The position numbers and the translations under genes were made by a program. A DNA stretch of 64,000 nucleotides from assembly GCA_017858365.1 (NCBI GenBank), contig JAFMBQ010000001.1:4052-68051 (forward strand). The letters run 5' to 3'. The stretch is from Algoriphagus sp. Lineage in GTDB: Bacteria > Bacteroidota > Bacteroidia > Cytophagales > Cyclobacteriaceae. The notes under the pieces are model-generated. The model worked only from the letters and a program-made list of their open reading frames with translations, was not told where the DNA came from and did not search any database. Below, one piece after another: positions 9,062-17,631 of this stretch (within the stretch, counting starts at the first letter, position 1; the number at the start of each line of letters is the position of its first letter).

Positions 9062-10144
9062 TTATTGGTCAGATGGAATCTCGTTGTGGTTATAATCATT
9101 TTCCTGTGTGCGACTTGTGTCTTGCTCGATTTCATAAATCAATTTTTCTGCTAATTCTTTTGCTCCGCCTTTGATTACTTTGATTCTGCGAAAACCTAGT
9201 CCATTTAATAGTTCTGCGGCCTGAGCACTTCGAGCTCCACTTTGACAAAAGATTACCAATTCTCGTTCAAGGTCTAGATTTTGCCAGCGATCCGCAAGCT
9301 CAGCGAGCGGAATTTGAACATATCGTTTATGACTGACTTCAGGAAGTTCACCAAAAGACCGCACGTCCAAGAGGATTGCTTGAGACTGAATGGCATCTGC
9401 TATTGAAATCAGCTCCGTTCTAAAGCTCTTTTCTATTGAGGGGCTTTCCTTTTTTTTCTCAATCTCAAAAATATCCTGACTGTTGGTAAGGAGGTTATAA
9501 ATCAGCAACTTTCCGGATAAGGACGTTCCAAAACCAGCAATAATTTTTAACGCTTCATTGGCTTGAAGCATTCCGATCAAACCAACCGTCGGCCCTAAGA
9601 CTCCAGCTTCGGAGCAAGATATAGCGGATCGGCTTTGGGTAGGAAATAAATCACGATAGGAAGGGCCATTGTTGAAATTGAAAACAGAAACCTGACCTTC
9701 AAACTGATGAATAGAACCATAAACCCATGGAATTCCAGCAGCAAGGCAGGCCTCATCGATCAAATATCGCGTAGGAATATCATCCGTTGCATCTATTAGC
9801 AGATCAAAATTTTGGATGATTTCACAAGCATTGGTTTCATTTAAAAAGCTAGTGTAACTCACAAGGCTCAGTTCCGAATACCTACTTTGGAGATAAGCAG
9901 ATGCAACTTCAGCCTTTAGGCTTCCGATTTGAGATTCAGAATAGATCACCTGTCGGGGAAGGTTGGATGCTTCGATCAGATCCCCGTCGATGATTCCCAG
10001 CTTACCCACTCCGGCAGCAGCCAAATACGGAAGTAGTGCGGATCCTAAGCCTCCTGCACCCACGACGAGGATTTTGGAATCCCTCAGCTTTTGCTGTGCG
10101 GCCTCTCCCCACTGTGGCAATATGGTTTGTCTGCTATAATCCAT
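9062..10144 (-). CDS. moeB: Molybdopterin-synthase adenylyltransferase MoeB fused to a C-terminal rhodanese domain
   Basis: YSRQ, VVGAGGLG, DGDLIEASNLPRQ, DATD; rhodanese loop FCQSGARS. Confidence 0.9.
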   Translation of the reverse strand: MDYSRQTILPQWGEAAQQKLRDSKILVVGAGGLGSALLPYLAAAGVGKLGIIDGDLIEASNLPRQVIYSESQIGSLKAEVASAYLQSRYSELSLVSYTSFLNETNACEIIQNFDLLIDATDDIPTRYLIDEACLAAGIPWVYGSIHQFEGQVSVFNFNNGPSYRDLFPTQSRSAISCSEAGVLGPTVGLIGMLQANEALKIIAGFGTSLSGKLLIYNLLTNSQDIFEIEKKKESPSIEKSFRTELISIADAIQSQAILLDVRSFGELPEVSHKRYVQIPLAELADRWQNLDLERELVIFCQSGARSAQAAELLNGLGFRRIKVIKGGAKELAEKLIYEIEQDTSRTQENDYNHNEIPSDQ

Positions 10145-10381
10145 TTATCCTCCTGCAAATGCAGGTAAAAAAGCGATTTCATCAGAATCCTTCACCTTGA
10201 AGGCACTCAAGTCTGAGATGATTTTTCGGTTTACTGCGATCTGAAAGTCATGTGCTTCCAGCGAGTGCTTTTCCTTCAGTTGGGCTACAAGCACTTCCAA
10301 ATTCTCTGAATCAAAGCTTATTTCTTCTTCCGCTTGATTTACAGTCTCTGCTAGTATTCCGAAATATTTGACTTTGGGCAT
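10145..10381 (-). CDS. moaD: Molybdopterin synthase sulfur carrier subunit
   Basis: 78 aa ubiquitin-like protein; IAVN, DEIAFLPAFAGG (terminal GG). Confidence 0.92.
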   Translation of the reverse strand: MPKVKYFGILAETVNQAEEEISFDSENLEVLVAQLKEKHSLEAHDFQIAVNRKIISDLSAFKVKDSDEIAFLPAFAGG

Positions 10382-10437
10382 TTTTTTTGAGCTGCTTTAA
10401 AATAGATTTTGATTTTCTTTTTGGCTTCTGGGTTTTC

Positions 10438-11187
10438 CTAAACGGTCATCAATTTAATAAATGCGATGAAAAGCACAGCCGACAGGATGTATTTCAACAC
10501 TGGAAAGGAAAACTTGCTGCTGCCGTAATAGGAACCTAAAGTGCCTCCAATAAGTGCCGCGGGGATCAAATAAAGGGCTTCATTGGGAATTTCGCCTCCT
10601 CCCACCACAAAACCCAGTGCCCCTGAGACCGAATTGACAAAGATAAATAAGGCTGAAACTGCTGCCGATTCTTTCAAATTTCCCCAGCCCAAAAGCAAAA
10701 TCACCGGACTGAGAATAATCCCACCTCCGATACCAATCATTCCAGAGAAAAACCCGATTCCCAATCCTACTGCTAATGCCAACCAAATATTTACTTTCTG
10801 ATTTTCCTTTAGAGGTGCTTTTCCAAATAACCCTAAAATCCTCAGAATAGCCAAAAACAGGAATACACCCAGAATCTGCTTGTATAGTGTAGGATTGATT
10901 GGAATGCCTCCTCCAATAAATGCAGCAGGAATAGAAGTTATGGCAAAAGGATAGAAGAGCTTCCAATTGAAGAATTTATTAGCTCGGAAAAAGTAAAATG
11001 AAATCCCAGAAACAAAGATATTCAGGATCAAAGCGGTCGGCTTCATCACCAAAAGTGAAAAGCCAAAGAGTGCCATTAAAGCCAAGTAGCCGCTGGCCCC
11101 ACCATGGCCCACACTTCCATAAAGAAAGGCGACCACTGCAAGAATCAGCGAAAATGAGATAATGAAAACAGGATCTGCCGTTAACAT
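10438..11187 (-). CDS. TauE/SafE (TSUP) sulfur-compound transporter
   Basis: About 8 TM segments; YGSVGHGGASGY and SGMIGIGGGIILSP repeats. Confidence 0.85.
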   Translation of the reverse strand: MLTADPVFIISFSLILAVVAFLYGSVGHGGASGYLALMALFGFSLLVMKPTALILNIFVSGISFYFFRANKFFNWKLFYPFAITSIPAAFIGGGIPINPTLYKQILGVFLFLAILRILGLFGKAPLKENQKVNIWLALAVGLGIGFFSGMIGIGGGIILSPVILLLGWGNLKESAAVSALFIFVNSVSGALGFVVGGGEIPNEALYLIPAALIGGTLGSYYGSSKFSFPVLKYILSAVLFIAFIKLMTV

Positions 11188-11188
11188 A

Positions 11189-12364
11189 TTAGCTTCTGTT
11201 GATTGGGAAATAATGAATGGTTTCTCCTGCTTTTAACTCTTCCAATTCAGCAGGAAAAACCAAAATCGCGTTACTTTGACTAAAGGAAATGAGCATACTG
11301 GAAGCTTGTTTGGGCAATAATTCGATCGATCCGTTTTCTTCTTTTGCCAATAGGAAAAGTGTTTTTCCAAAATTATTTTGGATAGTTGTCCCTAATGTGC
11401 CTTGTTGAAGGGCAAGGCTAATTGGCATGCCAGAGTGCATTTTTTGAATTGCAGGAGCTACGTAGACTAAAAAACACATCAAAGTAGAGGCTGGATTTCC
11501 AGGCAAAGCAAAAACATATTTCTGATCTTTTTTTCCAAACCAAAAAGGTTTTCCTGGCTTTTGATTCACTTTATAAAAGACTTCTTTGACCTCGTTTTTT
11601 TCTAAAGCTTCCTTGACAAAATCATAGTCTCCAACAGAAATCCCTCCCGAGATAATCAATACATCTGAATCCAAACCTGTTTCTATGGCTTTCCTTGTCT
11701 CTTCTTGGTTATCGGAAGCAGTCAGCACTTGTTTGACTACAACGCCCATTGATTCTAAGGCTAACTTCAGCATCAACGAATTGCTTTCAAAGATCTTCCC
11801 TGCTTCCAACTCTTGCTGTCCGGATTGAATTTCATTCCCAGTGACCAAAATAGAAACACTTGGCTTTCGGATTACAGGAATTTCTTTTAATCCAAATCCA
11901 CCTAAAAATCCGATGATGGGAACATTGATTCGAGTGCCAGCCTTAAGCGCTAAGTCTCCAGCCTGTATCTGCTCTCCGATAGCGCGAACATTGGAGTTTT
12001 TTGGGGGCATTTTCAGAATTCGAATCCCACTATCGGTTTTTTCGATATGCTCCTGCATCACAACAGTATCCGCCTGATCAGGAACAAGTGCACCAGTAAA
12101 AATCCGTACTACTTCCCCTTTTTGAATCAAAATATTTTGAAAATCTCCAGCTTTGGATTCTCCAATCAGCATGAGCTCATGCTGTCCGTCATGAATAAAA
12201 GCATACCCATCCATGGAGGATTGGCGAAAGGAAGGCAAACTAATGGGGGCAGATATATCAGCGCCCAAAGTGCTCCCCATTGCCAAATCAAGGGGAATCA
12301 TTTCTACTGATAGGGTTTGGGTATGCTGGTCAACAAGTGCTAGGGCTTCTGAAACTGAAATCAT
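11189..12364 (-). CDS. moeA: Molybdopterin molybdotransferase
   Basis: PSFRQSSMDGYA, RIFTGA, DTVVMQE, VTGNE, SGGISVGDYD, KPGKP, LPGNPAS. Confidence 0.95.
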   Translation of the reverse strand: MISVSEALALVDQHTQTLSVEMIPLDLAMGSTLGADISAPISLPSFRQSSMDGYAFIHDGQHELMLIGESKAGDFQNILIQKGEVVRIFTGALVPDQADTVVMQEHIEKTDSGIRILKMPPKNSNVRAIGEQIQAGDLALKAGTRINVPIIGFLGGFGLKEIPVIRKPSVSILVTGNEIQSGQQELEAGKIFESNSLMLKLALESMGVVVKQVLTASDNQEETRKAIETGLDSDVLIISGGISVGDYDFVKEALEKNEVKEVFYKVNQKPGKPFWFGKKDQKYVFALPGNPASTLMCFLVYVAPAIQKMHSGMPISLALQQGTLGTTIQNNFGKTLFLLAKEENGSIELLPKQASSMLISFSQSNAILVFPAELEELKAGETIHYFPINRS

Positions 12365-12423
12365 TTCACTAACCTAATCAAACAAGTTGGGATTTGAAAT
12401 CAGATTTATTTCAAGGGATTAGC

Positions 12424-12463
12424 AAAAAAAAACAGGCCTCTTTTTATTACAAGAGACCTGTTT
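12424..12463 (-). terminator. Intrinsic terminator of the lemA-TPM-TPM operon
   Basis: Minus-strand stem AAACAGGTCTCTT...AAGAGGCCTGTTT running into a U9 tract. Confidence 0.75.
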
Positions 12464-12488
12464 CTTTTCAAAAAGATTATCGAATCGA

Positions 12489-13298
12489 TTACCAGCTTCC
12501 ACCAGCTCCACCGCCGCCGAAGGATCCACCGCCGAAGCCCCCAAAACCGCCGCCGCCACCAAAAGATCCACGGCCGGAAGAGAAGTCTCCGAATTTTCCT
12601 CCATTCCCTCTACCAAGCAAAGTGCCTAGCATGATCGTGGTCAAAAGATCAACGCCTCCACCTTTACCTCCCATGTGATTATTATTGTCATTTCGATTAC
12701 GAAGTAATGGCAAAATCACGAAGAAAAAGATAAAGATAAATAGGAGAAATAATGCCCCTCCACTATTGCCATCTTCCTGTACATCCTCGGCAGTATATTC
12801 CCCAGAAGCGAGCTTGAAGATCATATCGGTCGCTTGATCAAAGCCTTTGTAATATTCACCTGTCTTAAAATTGGGAATAATCAGGCTAGTCACGATCCGT
12901 TTTGCCAATGCATCCGGTACCGCTCCTTCCAATCCATATCCAGTTGCGATGAATACATCCCGATCTTCCATTGCAGCTAAAATCAAAAGACCATTGTCTT
13001 TGGAACCACCAATTCCCCACTTTTCTCCAAGCTGAAATGCATAATCAGAAATATCATATTGACCCACCGACTTCATGATGACAATCGCTATCTGAGTTGA
13101 TGTGCTGTCATTGTATGCGACAAGTTTACTTTCTAACTGTGAAATTTCAGAGCTACTTAGGGTCTGGGTGAAATCGTTGACCAATCTCGGAGGATTTGGC
13201 ACAGGCGGGAAGTCCTGCGCAAAAAGCGACGCGTTAGAAAAAAGAAAAAAGGCAATGAGGAAAAGGGCTGCGCCCTTATTTTCCAAAAGAAATTTCAT
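12489..13298 (-). CDS. TPM-domain membrane protein with Gly-rich tail
   Basis: Start MKFLLENK at 13298 (the ORF track extension overlaps the upstream gene); LVNDF, GYGLEGAVPD, C-terminal GGGSFGGGGAGGSW. Confidence 0.85.
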   Translation of the reverse strand: MKFLLENKGAALFLIAFFLFSNASLFAQDFPPVPNPPRLVNDFTQTLSSSEISQLESKLVAYNDSTSTQIAIVIMKSVGQYDISDYAFQLGEKWGIGGSKDNGLLILAAMEDRDVFIATGYGLEGAVPDALAKRIVTSLIIPNFKTGEYYKGFDQATDMIFKLASGEYTAEDVQEDGNSGGALFLLFIFIFFFVILPLLRNRNDNNNHMGGKGGGVDLLTTIMLGTLLGRGNGGKFGDFSSGRGSFGGGGGFGGFGGGSFGGGGAGGSW

Positions 13299-13713
13299 CC
13301 GGTAATTCGTTTTGATCGGAATCTTCATCATAGGGGAAGTGATTGCGGAGTTTTTCTCCTGCCATAGTAATTCCCTTGATAAGTCCCTGTGTAAATTGGC
13401 CATCCTTGAAATGGCCGGCCATTTTCTCCTTGGTATTTTCCCAAAAATCTTTTTCGACCACTTGATTGATTCCGGCATCTCCGAGTATCGCAAACTTGTG
13501 ATCCTGCACCGCAAGATAGAAAAGCACCCCATTTCTTTCCTTGGTCTGATAAATTTTCAAGGTCTCAAACAGCTCAGCTGCCCGATCCATCAAATCACCT
13601 TTACAACGATTTTCAATGTGAACTTGAACTTCTCCGGAGGTTCGTAATTCAGCTGATCGGATAGCAGCAACTATTGCTTCCCGATCAGCTGGTGAGAATA
13701 ATTTCTCAGCCAT
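13276..13713 (-). CDS. Small TPM-domain protein
   Basis: AELRTSGEVQVH, TKERNGVLFY, HKFAILGDAGI, NELPDEIS. Confidence 0.85.
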   Translation of the reverse strand: MAEKLFSPADREAIVAAIRSAELRTSGEVQVHIENRCKGDLMDRAAELFETLKIYQTKERNGVLFYLAVQDHKFAILGDAGINQVVEKDFWENTKEKMAGHFKDGQFTQGLIKGITMAGEKLRNHFPYDEDSDQNELPDEISFGK

Positions 13714-13722
13714 AATCTTTAA

Positions 13723-14313
13723 TTAAAATTGAACGGTCGGTGCATTTTCCGCACCTTCGGACGCTTTGAATGTGCCTTTTCCCTCAAATCCATACCAGCC
13801 GGCAAAGATGTTGTTCGGGAAGGTCCGTATATTCTGGTTATAAGTCACCACAGACTCATTGAAGTTTCTCCTCGCCACAGCTATTCTGTTCTCAGTCCCC
13901 TCCAGTTGAGCCTGCAGTTCAAGGAAATTTTGGTTTGCCTTGAGATCAGGATAGCGTTCTACGGTCACCAACAATCTGCTTAACGCACCTGAAAGTTGAT
14001 CTTGAGCCTGTTGAAACTGTGCTAAGTTTTCCTGGGTAAGGTTAGTGGGGTCAATAGTCATCGAGGTTGCTTTTGATCTTGCTTCGATAACTCCCGTCAA
14101 CGTTTCTTGCTCAAATTCCGCATAGCCTTTTACGGTACTAACTAAGTTTGGAATCAAGTCTGCACGTCGCTGATATTGCGTCTCTACTTCAGCCCAGGTT
14201 CCATTTACTACTTCATCTTGAGTGACAAATTGGTTGTAAGATCCTACCGCTTTGGTGTAGATGAAGATACCTACAGCAGCAATTATAAGGATTGGAATTA
14301 ATAATTTTTTCAT
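13723..14313 (-). CDS. lemA: LemA family protein
   Basis: QYQRRADLIPNLV, ERYPDLKANQNFLELQAQLEGTENRI. Confidence 0.93.
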   Translation of the reverse strand: MKKLLIPILIIAAVGIFIYTKAVGSYNQFVTQDEVVNGTWAEVETQYQRRADLIPNLVSTVKGYAEFEQETLTGVIEARSKATSMTIDPTNLTQENLAQFQQAQDQLSGALSRLLVTVERYPDLKANQNFLELQAQLEGTENRIAVARRNFNESVVTYNQNIRTFPNNIFAGWYGFEGKGTFKASEGAENAPTVQF

Positions 14314-14422
14314 GTGATTGGGATTTGAAATCGTTGATAGGACGGATTAAATTACCAAGAAGTTTTACTCGCTTTTGAATGTTCAAAATTATCCTTTTTA
14401 AATTAATAGAAAGGCATAGGAC

Positions 14423-15676
14423 TTAAATCTGTTTCTGAAGCTTGACTCTGAGCTTGATGTTTTCCCACTTTTTACGGTCTACTGCATCATATCTTCTCAA
14501 CTCCAACTCGATCACTCTTCCCTCTTCTGAACGGAATAGCTTAGTAACTTCGACTAATTCACAAATGAAAATCGGAATTTTATTGATCGACACGATTTCA
14601 TCGAAAGGTAAAACTCCAACCATTTCACCTGGTGAACCATCTCTGACATTAGATATAACTATCCTAGTTTGGTCTCCGGGGACTTTTTTAAAGGCCAAGC
14701 CACTCATATCAAATTCGAAGGGGGAATAAAAATTATCGGCTTTCTTGATAAATAATCGCTCCCTTGGATAGTCAATAATTAGTTTGGTGCGTCCCAAAAC
14801 CTCCGCTCCAAGACTTCCTTGGCGGCCTGAATCTTTGATGACATAGCTAAATGCCGTTTCATCGGGATACGAAGTGAGGACATTTTCGAGTTTGAGTTTA
14901 TTTAGTTTAAGGTATTCCACTCTTCCAATGTATCCGAAAAGTAAGCCTCCAAGACTTTGGCCTATCTCAGACTCGATAAATAAGGGAGGCATATCGATGT
15001 CATCCGTGGTCTCACGGTTGAGCAAGAGTCCATGATTCGCTCCTGTGTCAATCAGCAGTTTGGGCTGGATGATCTTTCCACTTTTTTGCTTCACCTTGGC
15101 GTCTATATAAGGTTTGCTATCTTCGATAGACATGCTCAACTTTTTATAAAATGGAGGCTTCCACTTCATTGAATTAGTTTGAAAGAAATCCAATTTTCCA
15201 TCGTCATAATCGATTCGAATGGGATTAAACTTGAAAAACTCATAGCCAATAATCCCATAAACTGGAACTCCTATCACAGATTCCAACTCGAGAAAATCCT
15301 CTTCTAAAACTAATAAATTTTGAAATTTCCCTATTATCGGACCGAGGTCCAATTCATTAATTGGAGATACTGAAGCCATAAGATTGGAAATTCCATCCGC
15401 ACCAACCAGACTTAAGCGCCTGGTATAAGTCAATCCGAGCTCATCACCTAGCGTTTTACTGAACAAAATATTTGTTCGTACTCCTGTGTCAACCAAAAAA
15501 TTTACTGGAGGATTACCGTTGATAGATACCGGTATAATAATCAGACTATTGGAAGAGTAAAAAGGTATAGTAACTTTCCGCTGATCTTCTTTTAAAAAAA
15601 AACCGGGCACTTGAGCCTCCCCTGAGCTTTGTAGAGTAATCAGCAGAAACCATAATAAAGTGATACTTCTAGCCAT
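14423..15676 (-). CDS. Secreted tandem retropepsin-like aspartyl protease with PDZ domain
   Basis: Signal peptide; two DTG motifs (FLVDTG, LIDTGA); GIIGYEF and GSLGAEVL; PDZ-like C-terminus. Confidence 0.8.
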   Translation of the reverse strand: MARSITLLWFLLITLQSSGEAQVPGFFLKEDQRKVTIPFYSSNSLIIIPVSINGNPPVNFLVDTGVRTNILFSKTLGDELGLTYTRRLSLVGADGISNLMASVSPINELDLGPIIGKFQNLLVLEEDFLELESVIGVPVYGIIGYEFFKFNPIRIDYDDGKLDFFQTNSMKWKPPFYKKLSMSIEDSKPYIDAKVKQKSGKIIQPKLLIDTGANHGLLLNRETTDDIDMPPLFIESEIGQSLGGLLFGYIGRVEYLKLNKLKLENVLTSYPDETAFSYVIKDSGRQGSLGAEVLGRTKLIIDYPRERLFIKKADNFYSPFEFDMSGLAFKKVPGDQTRIVISNVRDGSPGEMVGVLPFDEIVSINKIPIFICELVEVTKLFRSEEGRVIELELRRYDAVDRKKWENIKLRVKLQKQI

Positions 15677-15888
15677 TAATATTTTGGACGATTTGTGCCT
15701 ATTTCAAGATACAGTTTTTCTCGATAATCATTTCAAATCAGAATTAACCTCCTTTTGTTTGGACAAATTGTGATCAATTTTACACAGCCTTCTCTTGTTT
15801 AGACTGAAACCAAATTACGCAAGATTGGATTCCCAGTTTGCCAACAAATAAAGAAACGGTCATCTTTAATTCAACGAGAATCAAAACT

Positions 15889-16359
15889 ATGGCAGACAAA
15901 GCACTGATCGAAAAGGCAAAAAAGATTTTTGAAAACTTTCTACTCAAACAAGGAAGCAGAAAAACTCCAGAGCGCTTTTCGGTAATTGACGAACTTTATT
16001 CTCTCCCCGAAGATGAGCACATGGACGTGGAGGGTCTTTTCTTGAGTATGCGAAACAAAGGCTATACAATCAGTCGGGCCACGATATACAATACTTTGGA
16101 TTTATTGGTGGAAAGTGGTTTGGCAGTGAAACATCAGTTTAAAGATAAAGTCGCACTCTATGAGCAGGCACTTACCTATAAGCATCACGACCATCATGTT
16201 TGCAACCAGTGCAGAAAAATCCGGGAATTTTCTGATCCTAAAATCACTGAAATCAAGGAAGCGATTGGTAAAGCTTTTGAATCCGCTATTCGGAGTCATT
16301 CCCTGGTATTGTATGGTGATTGCAAAATCGAAAACTGCGAAAATCTAGCCAGTAACTAG
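15889..16359 (+). CDS. Fur-family transcriptional regulator
   Basis: ATG at 15889; RKTPER, SRATIYNTLDLL, HHDHHVCNQC, LYGDC. Confidence 0.9.
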   Translation: MADKALIEKAKKIFENFLLKQGSRKTPERFSVIDELYSLPEDEHMDVEGLFLSMRNKGYTISRATIYNTLDLLVESGLAVKHQFKDKVALYEQALTYKHHDHHVCNQCRKIREFSDPKITEIKEAIGKAFESAIRSHSLVLYGDCKIENCENLASN

Positions 16360-16790
16360 GAAAATATCTTTTTATAAATCGGCTTTCGATAGGCAAACTG
16401 CAGGAGCATTGCCGGATAAAGTAGCCAAGTCAATATCCAAAAAGGGGCCTGATAGTCTATTTCATCTCGAATAATCGAGTTCTCTCCGTCTTTGACGATT
16501 CGATGTTTATGTGTCCATTTTTTTAGGAAAAAGGGGAGTTCGATACCTTTATCAATAAAATAAAACTCCTTGTCAGTGGTCTGATCTTCCATGATTTCGC
16601 TGGTCCATTTTTGCTTGAAAAAAATAAAATTCAGCTCAAGAGTTACTAAATTTCCCTTGGTGGACCCATCAAACCGAAGTAGTTTCACTGGAGGAAAAGG
16701 TGGACTGAGTTTTTTAAAAAGAGTCTCATTAAATCCCTCTTTCACCTGAAGATAATCCTGATTGACGAGGGTTTCGATAGTTATTTTCAT
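16356..16790 (-). CDS. SRPBCC-superfamily protein
   Basis: FYFIDKGIELPFFLKKWTHKHR and IIRDEIDY, typical of this family. Confidence 0.7.
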   Translation of the reverse strand: MKITIETLVNQDYLQVKEGFNETLFKKLSPPFPPVKLLRFDGSTKGNLVTLELNFIFFKQKWTSEIMEDQTTDKEFYFIDKGIELPFFLKKWTHKHRIVKDGENSIIRDEIDYQAPFWILTWLLYPAMLLQFAYRKPIYKKIFS

Positions 16791-16894
16791 GTGTTTATAA
16801 TTTGATTTTTAATGGCCACATGGAATCTTCGCAAGCATTATAATCATACCTCTGTGTGTCGCTTTGGGTCATGCTCGATTTCATACTTCAAATA

Positions 16895-17536
16895 TCAAAA
16901 ACTAATCACAAAAAGGACAAATAGAATCAACCAGATCAAATCCATAAAATGCCAATAGAATGTAAATAGCCTGATTCTCATCTTCTCGTATGGATTTGTT
17001 AGCAAGATCAGGTGTTGGATCTCATCGTCCTTTCGCTTTCGCATTTGATTCAATAAAATCGCTGCGAAAATCATCGCTCCAAGTAGGTGAAAGATATGAA
17101 TGCCAGAAAGTAAATAGAGAAAACTCCCACTTGGAATTCCTTTAAAATCAATTCCCATCTCATTCAACTCATACCATCCGGCTACCTGGAGTAAGCTGAA
17201 AATAACTCCTAGGATTAGGGTATTTCTAATTGAGGCAATCAAAAGATCCGTACGCTCCTCTTGATAATGCAAACGCATTTTTGTGGCGGTATAACCACTC
17301 AAAATCAACAGAAATGTAGAAATCAGAAAAGCAATAGGAATATGCTGGTTGAGTCCTGCCAATTGATTCACTCCAGAAAATAGAAAAGCCACCGTCAGAA
17401 AAAAGAAGATTAGCCCACTTCCGATCATTCCCAAGTAAAGCAACGTCTCGTATGGATGCATTCGCTCCAGACGTTGAAACCAACTCAATTGTGTGCTCGA
17501 ATTATCCATATAATGGCAAACATTTTTCTTGGTCAT
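16895..17536 (-). CDS. Heme-copper oxidase subunit III-family membrane protein (stand-alone)
   Basis: 5 TM segments; SGIHIFHLLG and YWHFMDLIWL motifs. Confidence 0.8.
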   Translation of the reverse strand: MTKKNVCHYMDNSSTQLSWFQRLERMHPYETLLYLGMIGSGLIFFFLTVAFLFSGVNQLAGLNQHIPIAFLISTFLLILSGYTATKMRLHYQEERTDLLIASIRNTLILGVIFSLLQVAGWYELNEMGIDFKGIPSGSFLYLLSGIHIFHLLGAMIFAAILLNQMRKRKDDEIQHLILLTNPYEKMRIRLFTFYWHFMDLIWLILFVLFVISF

Positions 17537-17592
17537 AGGTTCAGAAAAAAGTAATTCTAGATCAATGAAGTACCCTTAATTCAATAAAGCCT

Positions 17593-17600
17593 TAACTTTG
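17593..17600 (+). promoter_or_regulatory. -7 promoter box upstream of mfd
   Basis: TAACTTTG matches TAnnTTTG. Confidence 0.6.
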
Positions 17601-17631
17601 CCCAAAATATTTTCTCAAAAGCCCATCTCCC

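Noticed and set aside
9040-9140. Possible moeB-moaE frameshift fusion at the minus-strand A9 run
   Set aside because: Both genes are complete with their own stop and start; the alternative frame I followed hits a stop before moaE.
12365-12488. Moco riboswitch upstream of moeA
   Set aside because: Only about 60 nt lie between the terminator and the ATG, and I saw no multi-stem riboswitch structure.
12394-12678. Pro-rich ORF on the plus strand (PPAPPPPKDPPP...)
   Set aside because: It is the antisense shadow of the Gly-rich tail of the TPM gene.
13299-13532. N-terminal extension of the 347-aa TPM ORF
   Set aside because: It overlaps the upstream small TPM gene in another frame; the signal-peptide-like start at 13298 fits better.
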